Part shown: one piece after another, positions 50,515-60,000 of the stretch
Layout of the letters: every line of letters starts with the position of its first letter
How positions within the stretch are numbered: position 1 is the stretch's first letter
DNA from: Candidatus Heimdallarchaeum endolithica
Lineage (GTDB): Archaea; Asgardarchaeota; Heimdallarchaeia; Heimdallarchaeales; Heimdallarchaeaceae
Direction of reading: 5' to 3'
DNA: 64,000 bases
Assembly: GCA_021513715.1 (NCBI GenBank)
Contig: CP084167.1
Location: 2,304,001-2,368,000 of the forward strand
Translations under genes and position numbers: made by a program
The notes under the pieces: generated by a model
Told to the model about the DNA's origin: nothing
What the model saw: only the letters and a program-made list of their open reading frames with translations
Databases searched by the model: none

Positions 50515-51969
50515 ATGTTTATATATCGAAATGTTATTTTTGAATTTGAAATGGCTTCAAGAACACATATTCAAGAATATGAATCATGTATTGTTTTCCA
50601 GAAATTTATGATCGAAGAAAACATACTTGTTAATTTCTGTAAACATATCGATTTTGGCATAGATGGTGAGCTGGATATATTACAAGAAGAGCCAAGGGAT
50701 GATTTTTACGAAGAACGTAGAGCAGTAGATATAGATTTAAGGAAAAAGGCTTTTGTTCAACTCAAATCTAAAAGAGAAAAAAGTAGGGTAAATGAAGATG
50801 GAACTGTTTCATATAGCTTTAAAAAACGACATTTAAAACTATGGCAAAATTCGCCCATACCCGTTTTTGTTTTTTTGGTTTACCTTGATGACTCAAAAGA
50901 GATCTATTGGACATATGTTGATATTGACTTACAAATAGAAGAAGGGGAATCGGAATGCCAAAACCTTACTCTTGAAAAACTAGAAGGGGGATGTAGAAAT
51001 AAATTCAATAAGATAATTGAGGAGCATTATAAAAAAACAGGATACAAATATAATGTCTCAACAAAATTACCAATGTTTAGAGATTTTATTGAAAGGAGAA
51101 AGCAAGGTTTAGAACTAAGAAAAAGTTTGATTTTCAAGGAATTAAATCCAATAGAAGATAAAAAAGCTAAAATGTTAAGTCCTTTTCCTAAATCAGGATT
51201 AAGAAAAAAAATCTCATTCTCAGAATATGCCTTATCTATAGATGATTTCTATGAAAAAATAGATGACGATGAATACATTAATGAGTTTTTTAGCCGTAAA
51301 TCAAGGATAGAAAGCAATATTATTGAGAGTGTATATAAAGCAGAAGTAGCAAAGATAAAATATGATCTTGTAAATAATCACGAAACTTTTTTTGCTGATA
51401 GTTGGATTGAAATATTTGAAAATATAACAAAAATAACAGAGGAATATACAAGACCTATTTTGTTTATTAATAGTGAACTAAGAGATATTATTCGAGGGAT
51501 TCCTGCAGCAGATAGACCTAGTCTAGTAAATCAAGTTCTTCATAATTCAAAAGAAGATGCAATATCACATTCTCATTATGAAAACATAATAAATGGAAAA
51601 AATGTTTATTTCTATTTCTTTTATATTCCTAGACACTTAACTAAAAAGTTTCCTGTGTTAAACGATATTAAAATAATTATTTTAGATAGAGAAAAGGTAA
51701 AATATATTGTTAAAGAGCCATTAAGATTAGAATGGAGGACGATTACTAGGCCAGTTCAAGTTGATATTATCGATGGCGCAGCATATAAAGTTACAAAAAA
51801 AGAAGAAGAGTGGGATTGGTTTGACTTTACTTGTTATACTGTAGGAGAAATAAGAAATGAAGGACCAATAAAAATATACAAATTTTCCGAAGATGAGAAA
51901 AAGGAATTACAAGACTTTGAAGATAGACTAATAAAACTTACAAAATCAAGAAAAATTACCAAGGGATAA
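50515..51969 (+). CDS. DUF4365-type PD-(D/E)XK domain protein with unknown C-terminal region
   Basis: DFGIDGELDI...FVQLKS...HLKLW...PVFVFLV...IYW. Confidence 0.75.
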   Translation: MFIYRNVIFEFEMASRTHIQEYESCIVFQKFMIEENILVNFCKHIDFGIDGELDILQEEPRDDFYEERRAVDIDLRKKAFVQLKSKREKSRVNEDGTVSYSFKKRHLKLWQNSPIPVFVFLVYLDDSKEIYWTYVDIDLQIEEGESECQNLTLEKLEGGCRNKFNKIIEEHYKKTGYKYNVSTKLPMFRDFIERRKQGLELRKSLIFKELNPIEDKKAKMLSPFPKSGLRKKISFSEYALSIDDFYEKIDDDEYINEFFSRKSRIESNIIESVYKAEVAKIKYDLVNNHETFFADSWIEIFENITKITEEYTRPILFINSELRDIIRGIPAADRPSLVNQVLHNSKEDAISHSHYENIINGKNVYFYFFYIPRHLTKKFPVLNDIKIIILDREKVKYIVKEPLRLEWRTITRPVQVDIIDGAAYKVTKKEEEWDWFDFTCYTVGEIRNEGPIKIYKFSEDEKKELQDFEDRLIKLTKSRKITKG

Positions 51970-51990
51970 TCGCGTTTATTTTTTATTTAC

Positions 51991-52290
51991 TTATTCGTCT
52001 ATTATTTTTTGTATTTCTTGTATAAATTCTGCTACTTTCATTCCTTTTTCTGTTAGGCTAAAAACACGTTTATTATAAGGTGGTAAGTATTCCTCTTCTA
52101 TGAGTTCAAGGACGAGAAGTTTGTTAAGTGAAGTATAAACAGATGTTTGTGCTATACCAGGTATATTATCTATCAGTTGTGTGATCATTGCTTTTTTTTC
52201 AGATAATAGGTATAACAGTATCCTAAGAGCTCCTTTTTGTTCAAGCAAAGAAAGGGAACCTTCTCGTTCTCTCATTCTTCGGTATCCCAT
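51991..52290 (-). CDS. winged-HTH regulator (HxlR/MarR-like)
   Basis: LRILLYL...SVYTSLNKLLVLELIEE...FSLTEKGMKVA. Confidence 0.85.
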   Translation of the reverse strand: MGYRRMREREGSLSLLEQKGALRILLYLLSEKKAMITQLIDNIPGIAQTSVYTSLNKLLVLELIEEEYLPPYNKRVFSLTEKGMKVAEFIQEIQKIIDE

Positions 52291-52460
52291 ACCCTTAAAC
52301 TGTCTAAGAGCTAAAAAATATTCTTATACGCATAATGTATGCATATATACAAAGGTTTTATATATCGGTAGCCATATAATACTTATAGGTGGATAGTGAG
52401 CGACGGAAAAAAATGAAAACAACCTAAGGAGTGATGAAAAAAGAATGATGGGTCAAAGAT

Positions 52461-52754
52461 ATGAGAAGAAAAGAAGAAAAAAACGTATATACGCCTTCTT
52501 CTGTAGTCTGTTCCGCATATAAATATATAGGGGACAAAGAGTTAGGTGTTTTGTGGATAAGTATTCAACTAGAGGGTGTAAAGCCTGATTTTTATAGTTT
52601 TGTTAGTAGATCATTTATTGGAAAAAAGTTTCTTTTATTTTTTTCTGCCTTTATAAATTATTTTTATGATAATATTGTAAACAACAAAACAAGAGGAGGA
52701 AAGAGAAGGATTTCTTCACTTCAAAAAAGTGAAACCGTGTGGTGGAGTTTATGA
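52461..52754 (+). CDS. hypothetical protein
   Basis: 97-aa ORF overlapping the next start; no motif recognised. Confidence 0.35.
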   Translation: MRRKEEKNVYTPSSVVCSAYKYIGDKELGVLWISIQLEGVKPDFYSFVSRSFIGKKFLLFFSAFINYFYDNIVNNKTRGGKRRISSLQKSETVWWSL

Positions 52755-53923
52755 CTGTAAGTGAAAGGGGAAAGGATAAGTTTTTTTCAAATGTCTATTA
52801 TGATTTTAAAGGGGAAAAAAATCGACTCTCTACCGAAATAATTCCGTTTGAGTTTGAAGCAGTAATACGAGAGGAACATCTGATTACTGTTAAAGATATT
52901 AGAATAAAGGCAGGAATAAAATATCATCTGCATATTAAAAGTTTGGAGACAGATCAAAAATTACAAGGAGTAGACCTTTTAATTAGAAAACGTGGAGAGA
53001 AGATAGTTTTTACTTTGTCGCATCGAATGAAAAAACTGTTCAAAAAAGGAGAAAAAGTAAAGGTTAGTATCTTTTGTCCAACAGAGGAGTTTTACGGAAG
53101 AAAACAAAAAGAAGGAATAAGAGATGTATCCATCCACAACGATGAGATCTTGTGTATAGCTTTTATCTATCAAATGGGAGAAAATAAAGGACTAATCAGT
53201 CTCAATAGCGAAAATGAAGAGTATTTGTCAAAATTAGAAGGAATACAAGAGACTTTTCATATCTTGGATGATAGAATAATAAGGAGAGATGAGGAAGGAA
53301 ATGTCCCCTTTGAAGCTAAAAGTTACTCTAATTATGCAATAATAAGATACTACACGATAATGAACAGGTATGATTTCATAAAGAATCAAGAAAATCACTC
53401 TTCTGTTTATACTTATTTCGTAGGAGATGAAAAAATCCTTCCTACAGTAACATCCGTCAAAGCTTGTTTAGTGATAGTAATAAACAAGTCCTTGATTCCT
53501 ATATGTCTAGAAGAGAGAGTAAGAAAAGAAATAAACATGTTTCTGGACAAAAAAATGCCTTTATTTAAAATACAAGACCAACTTTATGAATTGAAAAGAG
53601 TAATTTTACAATATATTAGAGCGTATTATAGACCTATCATAGCAGAAGAGACGTACAACGAGTTCAACATTAAATCAATGATTTTTCATTTAAACCGCAA
53701 AACTTCTCCTGTATACAAAGCAATTATATCCCTCGTATCTTTTGATAACTACATCTCAGTAGAAAAACTGGTGAACTATGTAGAAGAGAAGTATAAAATA
53801 AAAGATAGACGTTACATCAGTGAATCGTTAACAGAACTGATAAATCTTGGAATTATAAAAAGAAAGGTTGAGGACGGAAAAGTAGGGGTAGGGGTTGTGA
53901 GATCATATGATGAAAAAAGATGA
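52739..53923 (+). CDS. hypothetical protein with C-terminal wHTH-like domain
   Basis: C-terminus ISVEKLVNYV...ISESLTELINLGII; overlaps the ATPase start, suggesting an operon. Confidence 0.7.
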   Translation: MVEFMTVSERGKDKFFSNVYYDFKGEKNRLSTEIIPFEFEAVIREEHLITVKDIRIKAGIKYHLHIKSLETDQKLQGVDLLIRKRGEKIVFTLSHRMKKLFKKGEKVKVSIFCPTEEFYGRKQKEGIRDVSIHNDEILCIAFIYQMGENKGLISLNSENEEYLSKLEGIQETFHILDDRIIRRDEEGNVPFEAKSYSNYAIIRYYTIMNRYDFIKNQENHSSVYTYFVGDEKILPTVTSVKACLVIVINKSLIPICLEERVRKEINMFLDKKMPLFKIQDQLYELKRVILQYIRAYYRPIIAEETYNEFNIKSMIFHLNRKTSPVYKAIISLVSFDNYISVEKLVNYVEEKYKIKDRRYISESLTELINLGIIKRKVEDGKVGVGVVRSYDEKR

Positions 53924-54707
53924 ACAAGGAAAAGTAGTGAGTTTTTTCAGTTTTTCAGGAGGAGTAGGTAAAACGACTTTGGTTGTTAACATTGCTAAAA
54001 TGTTAGCCGAACAAGGAAAGAAAATAATAGTGCTAGAACTAGAATTACTCTCACCTAAATACCAAACTATTTTTGGTTTTAATCCTGCGAAATCTATAGA
54101 TGAACTATATATGCAAAACTATAGAAACAATCTTGAACTAGAAACGGTTGATAGAATAATTAAGAAAAGTATAATTACAAACGATTATGGAGTAGATTTC
54201 ATTATCCCTACTGCTCCCACAACAATAGAAGATCTAATTAACAGAGATAGAGACTATAATCATAAAGATTTTGCAAACTTTATAAGAAATTTACTAGCTT
54301 ATCTGAGGAAGAAATACGAGCTAGTGTTGATAGACTCTCCAAGTATAACGAACACCGAAATAATGAGTGTTTTACTGCTATCAGATAAATTAGTTTATGT
54401 CTGTATTCCCCCTTTGGAAGATATATCTGAGGGAATAGAACAAATAAAAAAATTTCCAGAGAGTACATTCATCGATCCAATTGATGTGATAATAAACAAA
54501 GTACCAGTAGAAACAGAAAAAAAAAGACAAATATTGGAAAGAAAAATGAAAGAACGACTAAAGAAAGAAAAAATAAACAAAGTAAGAATAGTAGAATTAT
54601 CACTAAATTATATAAAAGAGAATGTAAAAGAAAGGAGAATATACATAGAAAAAGAAAAGGAAAAAAACATTTATCAAACACTGCTAAACTACAGTAAAGA
54701 ATTATAA
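53907..54707 (+). CDS. MinD/ParA-family ATPase with atypical motifs
   Basis: VVSFFSFSGGVGKTT, NIAKMLA, YELVLIDSP, IINKV. Confidence 0.88.
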   Translation: MMKKDEQGKVVSFFSFSGGVGKTTLVVNIAKMLAEQGKKIIVLELELLSPKYQTIFGFNPAKSIDELYMQNYRNNLELETVDRIIKKSIITNDYGVDFIIPTAPTTIEDLINRDRDYNHKDFANFIRNLLAYLRKKYELVLIDSPSITNTEIMSVLLLSDKLVYVCIPPLEDISEGIEQIKKFPESTFIDPIDVIINKVPVETEKKRQILERKMKERLKKEKINKVRIVELSLNYIKENVKERRIYIEKEKEKNIYQTLLNYSKEL

Positions 54708-54755
54708 TATCAAAATTAAAAGAAAAGAAAAATAAAGTCTATCCCTACCGCCAAA

Positions 54756-54786
54756 ACTATCACTATCATTATCACTATCATTTTCA
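54756..54786. repeat. degenerate hexamer microsatellite (ACTATC)x5
   Basis: actatc actatc attatc actatc attttc between convergent genes. Confidence 0.6.
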
Positions 54787-54860
54787 TTTGAACTAGCAAA
54801 AAAGAAACAAAACAAAACGAAAAGGAAAAAAAACAAAAGAATTGGAAATAAGGAAATTTA

Positions 54861-56243
54861 CTATTTTCTCTTATTTTTTAAAAGAAAGAGGAGATTTTTA
54901 ACCGAGAAAATAGAAACGAAGGATAAAGGAGTGAGAACGATTATCAAGTACATTATTTGGTTTTTGATTAAGGGATTGGTATGGTTATAAAATTCTTCAA
55001 GATTGGTTAAACCATCACCATCAAGGTCAAGATAAGAGTCATTAGTTAAAGGGTCAGAACCATAATGAACTTCCCAACCGTCAGGTAAAAGGTCTCCATC
55101 CGAATCAGGATTCCAGGGGTCAGTACCATAAAGATGATCTTCAAGATAATCTAGTAGCATGTCTTCGTCGAAATCGCTTCCACGAGGAAAAGGGTCAAAA
55201 GCTTTAGCTTTTCCATCGATAGGGTAAGGTTCAGAGCCATCGGTATCTGACCAATAGTTACCAATAGAATAGACGGGGTCAAACCAGGTGTTATTCGCTC
55301 CATCATCAAAAGCTTGAGAAAGATTATTACCTTTATTGTTCTTGAAAAAAACGTTACGTGAGATAAAGTTGTTAGAAGCAGCTTTGTGAACAAACAGTCC
55401 ATACTCACTGTTATTGAACAAAACATTAGAAGAAAGGTGATTGTTAGAACCACCTAAAAATATCCCACTTTTTCTGCTCTCGGAAATAACGTTATCGGTA
55501 ACGGAGTTGTTATCCCCACTTACGCTTATTCCTTTATAAAAAGTATAAGTAATAGTATTATTTGTTATGATGTTATTATGTCCTGAACCATAAATTCCAT
55601 GTGCTCCACTATACGATATGTAGTTATTAGTAATAATGTTAAAACAACTTTCAGTCATATCAATACTTTTTCCACTATTATGAGAAATATTATTACCACT
55701 AACCAAATTGTGAGAACCGTGTTGGATTCTTATTGCTCCCCGAGTATGAGTTATAAAATTGTTAATAACGACGTTATCAGAACTGTATAAACGTATTAAT
55801 TCGCGAGAATAAGTTCGATTGGTTCCACCAACAAGAGTGGAACCCTCAAGGTGAAGATGGGCGTTATCCCATGCTCCAATATCCCAAGGACTGTCAGTGT
55901 AAGTTAGAATGGTTGTATCATAGATCTCTAAAGAAGAATTGTCTATAGCATAAATACTTAGAGAACCCACTCTATCATGTTCAATAACAATAAAACAATT
56001 ACGAAGAATAAGAGAGCCTTCGTCCTTGATAAGAACTCTGTTGATAAGTTTAATAAACTCGTTTTCAACTACAGTAGGTTCAGTAATGTTCCAAATACCT
56101 TCCGGAGGAGGAAAGGTTCCTGAGCTAGATGCAGAAGAAGTAACTAGAGGACTAAAAGTAGGTGAAAAGAGCAGGAGAGAAGAAAAAATCACAAGTAAAA
56201 GCACGAACGAATTATTTTTCCTTTTTGTTAGAATAAAAAGCAT
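54861..56243 (-). CDS. cell-surface protein: right-handed beta-helix (NosD/CASH) plus DxDxDG Ca-binding repeats and a C-terminal TM
   Basis: Signal peptide; GIx[ILV]xGxxNxIxxNxI repeats; GNYWSD; DSDGDLLPDGWE and DLDGDGLTNLEE; TM followed by KNKRK. Confidence 0.85.
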   Translation of the reverse strand: MLFILTKRKNNSFVLLLVIFSSLLLFSPTFSPLVTSSASSSGTFPPPEGIWNITEPTVVENEFIKLINRVLIKDEGSLILRNCFIVIEHDRVGSLSIYAIDNSSLEIYDTTILTYTDSPWDIGAWDNAHLHLEGSTLVGGTNRTYSRELIRLYSSDNVVINNFITHTRGAIRIQHGSHNLVSGNNISHNSGKSIDMTESCFNIITNNYISYSGAHGIYGSGHNNIITNNTITYTFYKGISVSGDNNSVTDNVISESRKSGIFLGGSNNHLSSNVLFNNSEYGLFVHKAASNNFISRNVFFKNNKGNNLSQAFDDGANNTWFDPVYSIGNYWSDTDGSEPYPIDGKAKAFDPFPRGSDFDEDMLLDYLEDHLYGTDPWNPDSDGDLLPDGWEVHYGSDPLTNDSYLDLDGDGLTNLEEFYNHTNPLIKNQIMYLIIVLTPLSFVSIFSVKNLLFLLKNKRK

Positions 56244-56378
56244 GAATAAATAACCCTTTTTTTTATTAATAAATTTTTGTAAATTATTGCTTTAACTGTT
56301 ATTTAATGTGATAGAATAGTAAGTTAAAGATACATTATAAAAGAAATAAATAAAGGATAGCAAATTGCTACTGTGAAA

Positions 56379-56466
56379 AAACGTCTATAAAAACTATCGA
56401 CATTTTTGAGAAACGTCTATAAAAACTATCGACATTTTTGAGAAACGTCTATAAAAACTATCGACA
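56379..56466. repeat. 32-bp direct tandem repeat AAACGTCTATAAAAACTATCGACATTTTTGAG, about 2.75 copies
   Basis: Exact copies at 56379-56410 and 56411-56442, partial copy 56443-56466; no spacers. Confidence 0.95.
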
Positions 56467-56946
56467 CAAATTCAATCTATGACAAAAGATGTCTTTTAAA
56501 ATCATTTATAATGTGGTAGAAAAGTCTCCTGGGTTTAAATACTACCAATAGTTTTATATATCAGTAATTGACCAAAAAGAAAAAACTTCACACGATACTA
56601 AAAAATGCATTTTTATTTAATTAAAAGGCTGAAGAATAAGAAGTGTGATATATATACACTGTTGGATAAAAACAACTTACGGGTTATAAATTCAAACAGA
56701 AAATAAAGAGAATGAGAAAAATTTACAGGTATTTATAAATACCATATTGATTTAAATAGAAAAAGAGATAGTCACATTTTATGAGTCAATGTAGTAAAAA
56801 ATTGTTCAACCCCAAGTACCCGAACAAAACTATGTTGACTCATAAATCCTTGAAAAACTCAAATTCAAGGATAACCCAGAAAGAAAAAATTGACTCATGT
56901 TGCTTTTTAGCAAACTTTTTTTCAACAGCAGATCTGGGTAAAAAAA

Positions 56947-56972
56947 GGAAAGTGGAGATTTTTTCACTTTCC
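56947..56972. promoter_or_regulatory. inverted repeat GGAAAGTG-N10-CACTTTCC upstream of the giant ORF
   Basis: Perfect 8-bp arms ending 80 bp before the ATG at 57052. Confidence 0.45.
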
Positions 56973-57051
56973 ACACTCTCCTTTAAGTTTATTTTTAAGC
57001 ATAATAGTGCTTCTTTTTGTTCTCTCTCAAAGAAAATAAAGGTGGATAAGA

Positions 57052-60000
57052 ATGGAGAAAATAAAGATAAAGAAAAAGTTAACAATTTATTCAATTTTAA
57101 TAATATTACTATTCTCTAATTTAAGTGGATTGAATTTTAAGTTTTTACAAGCAGAAAATGGAGACCAGAGTCCTCCATCTATACTCAGAGTTACACAGTT
57201 TCCTGAAATTCCTACCCAATTCGATGGAGTAGTAGTTTATGTAGAAGTGGAAGATGAAACAGGGTTTAGTTCAATATATTTAATGTATGAGAGAAACAAT
57301 AACTTAACATCCATACCAATGAAGTATTTACCCAATTATTATGGAAATGGAACATGTTTTTATGCTTCTCTTCCTTCTTTTTCAGCAGGAACTAGAATAA
57401 CTTATTTTATCGAAGTGACTGATTCGAGTGAGAATCAGAATATTGCACACTCACTAAAATATGATTATGTGGTGGTGAGTGATGGAATACCAAAAATAAA
57501 GTTATTAAACGAACCAAAATTTCTGTATTCGGAAGAAGAATATACTTTCCAGTTTACAATTTATGATGAGGATAATATCTCTCTTCAAGATACGGGAATT
57601 GATCCACCTTTATTATATTACAGAACAGAAAGAGTAGAAGGAACACAACAAGTAGTTTATAATTCCACGTCAGAAGTATTTGAAAGCGTTTTACCTTCCG
57701 TTAGTTTACTAGATGGAGAAATAAAGGAAGGAGAAAAGATAGAGGTGTGGGTAGGAGCTTATGATAAAAGTCCTGCACACCAGTATGGAGAGAGCCAACA
57801 TTTGCAGTTACCAGTCATTAACGAGAAACCTTACATTTACGGTGTGGATAGATACCCATATATTCCTTTGTATAATGAAAGTTTCAATTTAACCACAACA
57901 ATCTATTATAGAGAAAATATAGGTATGAATATCACGCAAGTATCGGCAACTATAAACCGATATGATGAGGTTACACAAAAAATTACAAAGCAAAGTTATA
58001 TTTTAACCCAAAGTGAATATTCAAAATTTGTATTTACAGGAATAATAGAACCGATTGGATATATAGATAATATAGAACTAAAAATAAATTGTAAGTATAC
58101 TTCAGATTACCAAATAGAAGAAGCAGAAGTAGAAAAACAAGAAAAAAGTTTTAGCGTAAGAGATTGCGAAGCTCCAGCGATATTAGAAAGTGGATTTAGC
58201 AGCGGAGTAACAACATTAAAAGAAGGAGAAGAAGTAAAAGTCTATGCCAATGTATTAGATCGTTTGAATACAAAAGATGTCACTGCAATAGTTACTGAAG
58301 AGTATAAATCAGGATTGCAACTTATTCGTTCATCAAAGGAATATTTTCAAAAATTGAGTTACTATGGAGATGATGGAATAAGTTTTATTCAACAGATGAG
58401 TATTGATCAGAGTATAAGTGGAGATTTTTATTTTGATGGATTAGTTCTAAAAGAAGAATATGTGAGTAAAGTTAGAAAAGAAGCAGCAAGCGAAACATTA
58501 TCTATTTACGCAGTAGAAGGAAAAAATGAATTATTTATAAAAATCATAAATCCTGAAGGGTTTTTACCATTAAACTATAACCAATTGGTTATACAAGCAC
58601 GTGCTATAGGACAAGATATTCTTTTAGCAGGAGTATATGCGGATTTAGGAGAAACAGTAATTTGGAATGAAACAGTAGGAAATTACGTTTACGATAATGT
58701 GTTGCCTATAGACAAGTTTTTTTCTACAGATGAATACGGGACAGCTTGTTTATACAATCTTCAAAATATCGAAGATATTACTAATTCAATATGGCTAAAA
58801 TTCGTTCCTGCTGATGGAGGAAATTTTAGTTCATCTGATGGTTTAAGTATTGATAATATTAGATTGTTCAGTATAAATACTCTAAATGGTGAAAGAATAG
58901 ACTGTTATCATCAAGAAATAAATCATGATTTTGTTGAATATTACGGTTATTATCAAGCTAAAAAGGTTGATCAATTAATAACTTTCTATATCCAAGCGAG
59001 CGACGGAATAAATATCCAAACCCAAAATAATGAGGAAACAATAATAGTAACTGATGGTAAACCTCCTACATTTGCCATTAATCAAATATCGGGAGTGGAT
59101 ATAGAGGATACTGAACTTAAATTTAGTATGGCTATAACTGATTATTCTATAATAGATCCAACTGATGCATTAAATGTCTGTTTTCATTACAAGATTAACG
59201 GATTAGAAGAAATAATTGTAAACTTAACAGTTGCTAATAACTGGGATGAAAAAGGAAAAGTGTGGGTGTATAATTTTAACAATACAACAATATTGAATTT
59301 CAATGATATGTGGGAATATTGGTTCAGTGCAGAAGATCCTTGTGGTAATCGTGGAGAAAGTAAACATTACTCTTTTGTTGTAGAAGAAAATAGTGCACCT
59401 ACAATATCTTTAACTTGTCAAACAGTTACATATAATGGAGAAGAAAAAACAGTTGTTGAACCCGCAGGGGCAGAAATAGGAATATCTGGAGAATATTTAG
59501 ACATAAACATGGATATAACAGAGAATGAAGGAGGAAGTGGAATAAAACTTATCCAGCTATATTGGTATACTTCTTCTCACGAATCCAATTGCTGGAGTTC
59601 AGAAGTATATAGTTTTATGTCTGTCTATTCCATCACTGATTTGACTGTAGCAGAAAAAATGATACATAATTTCGATAAAGTAGGTATACTTTATTATTAT
59701 GCACAAGTAATTGATCATGCAGGAAACATTTATCAAACACCAGAATATCAAGTACAGTTAATAGATAATGTAAAGCCTATAATAAAAATCAACTCTGAAT
59801 ATAATAGCCCAAATGGGTTGTATAATGTCGACAATTCGTATGGTGATATAAGCTATAATGAAGATGCATATATCACTTTAGAAATAGAAGATGCATCAAC
59901 TATAACTAACCTAATTTTGGAGGCAGAAACATCACAAGGTACCTTTGCAGGAGAAGTTATATGGGACGAATATTATCATGATTGGACATTACAACATTAT

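Noticed and set aside
52325-52352. Operator palindrome between the wHTH gene and the ParA operon
   Set aside because: Only an 8-bp TATGCATA core in low-complexity sequence; too weak to call.
56379-56466. CRISPR array
   Set aside because: The repeats are head-to-tail with no unique spacers, and no cas operon is present.
56781-57119. ORFs 56781-57119 (+) and 56840-57094 (-)
   Set aside because: They overlap the SD, start and signal peptide of the giant ORF in other frames and show no motifs.
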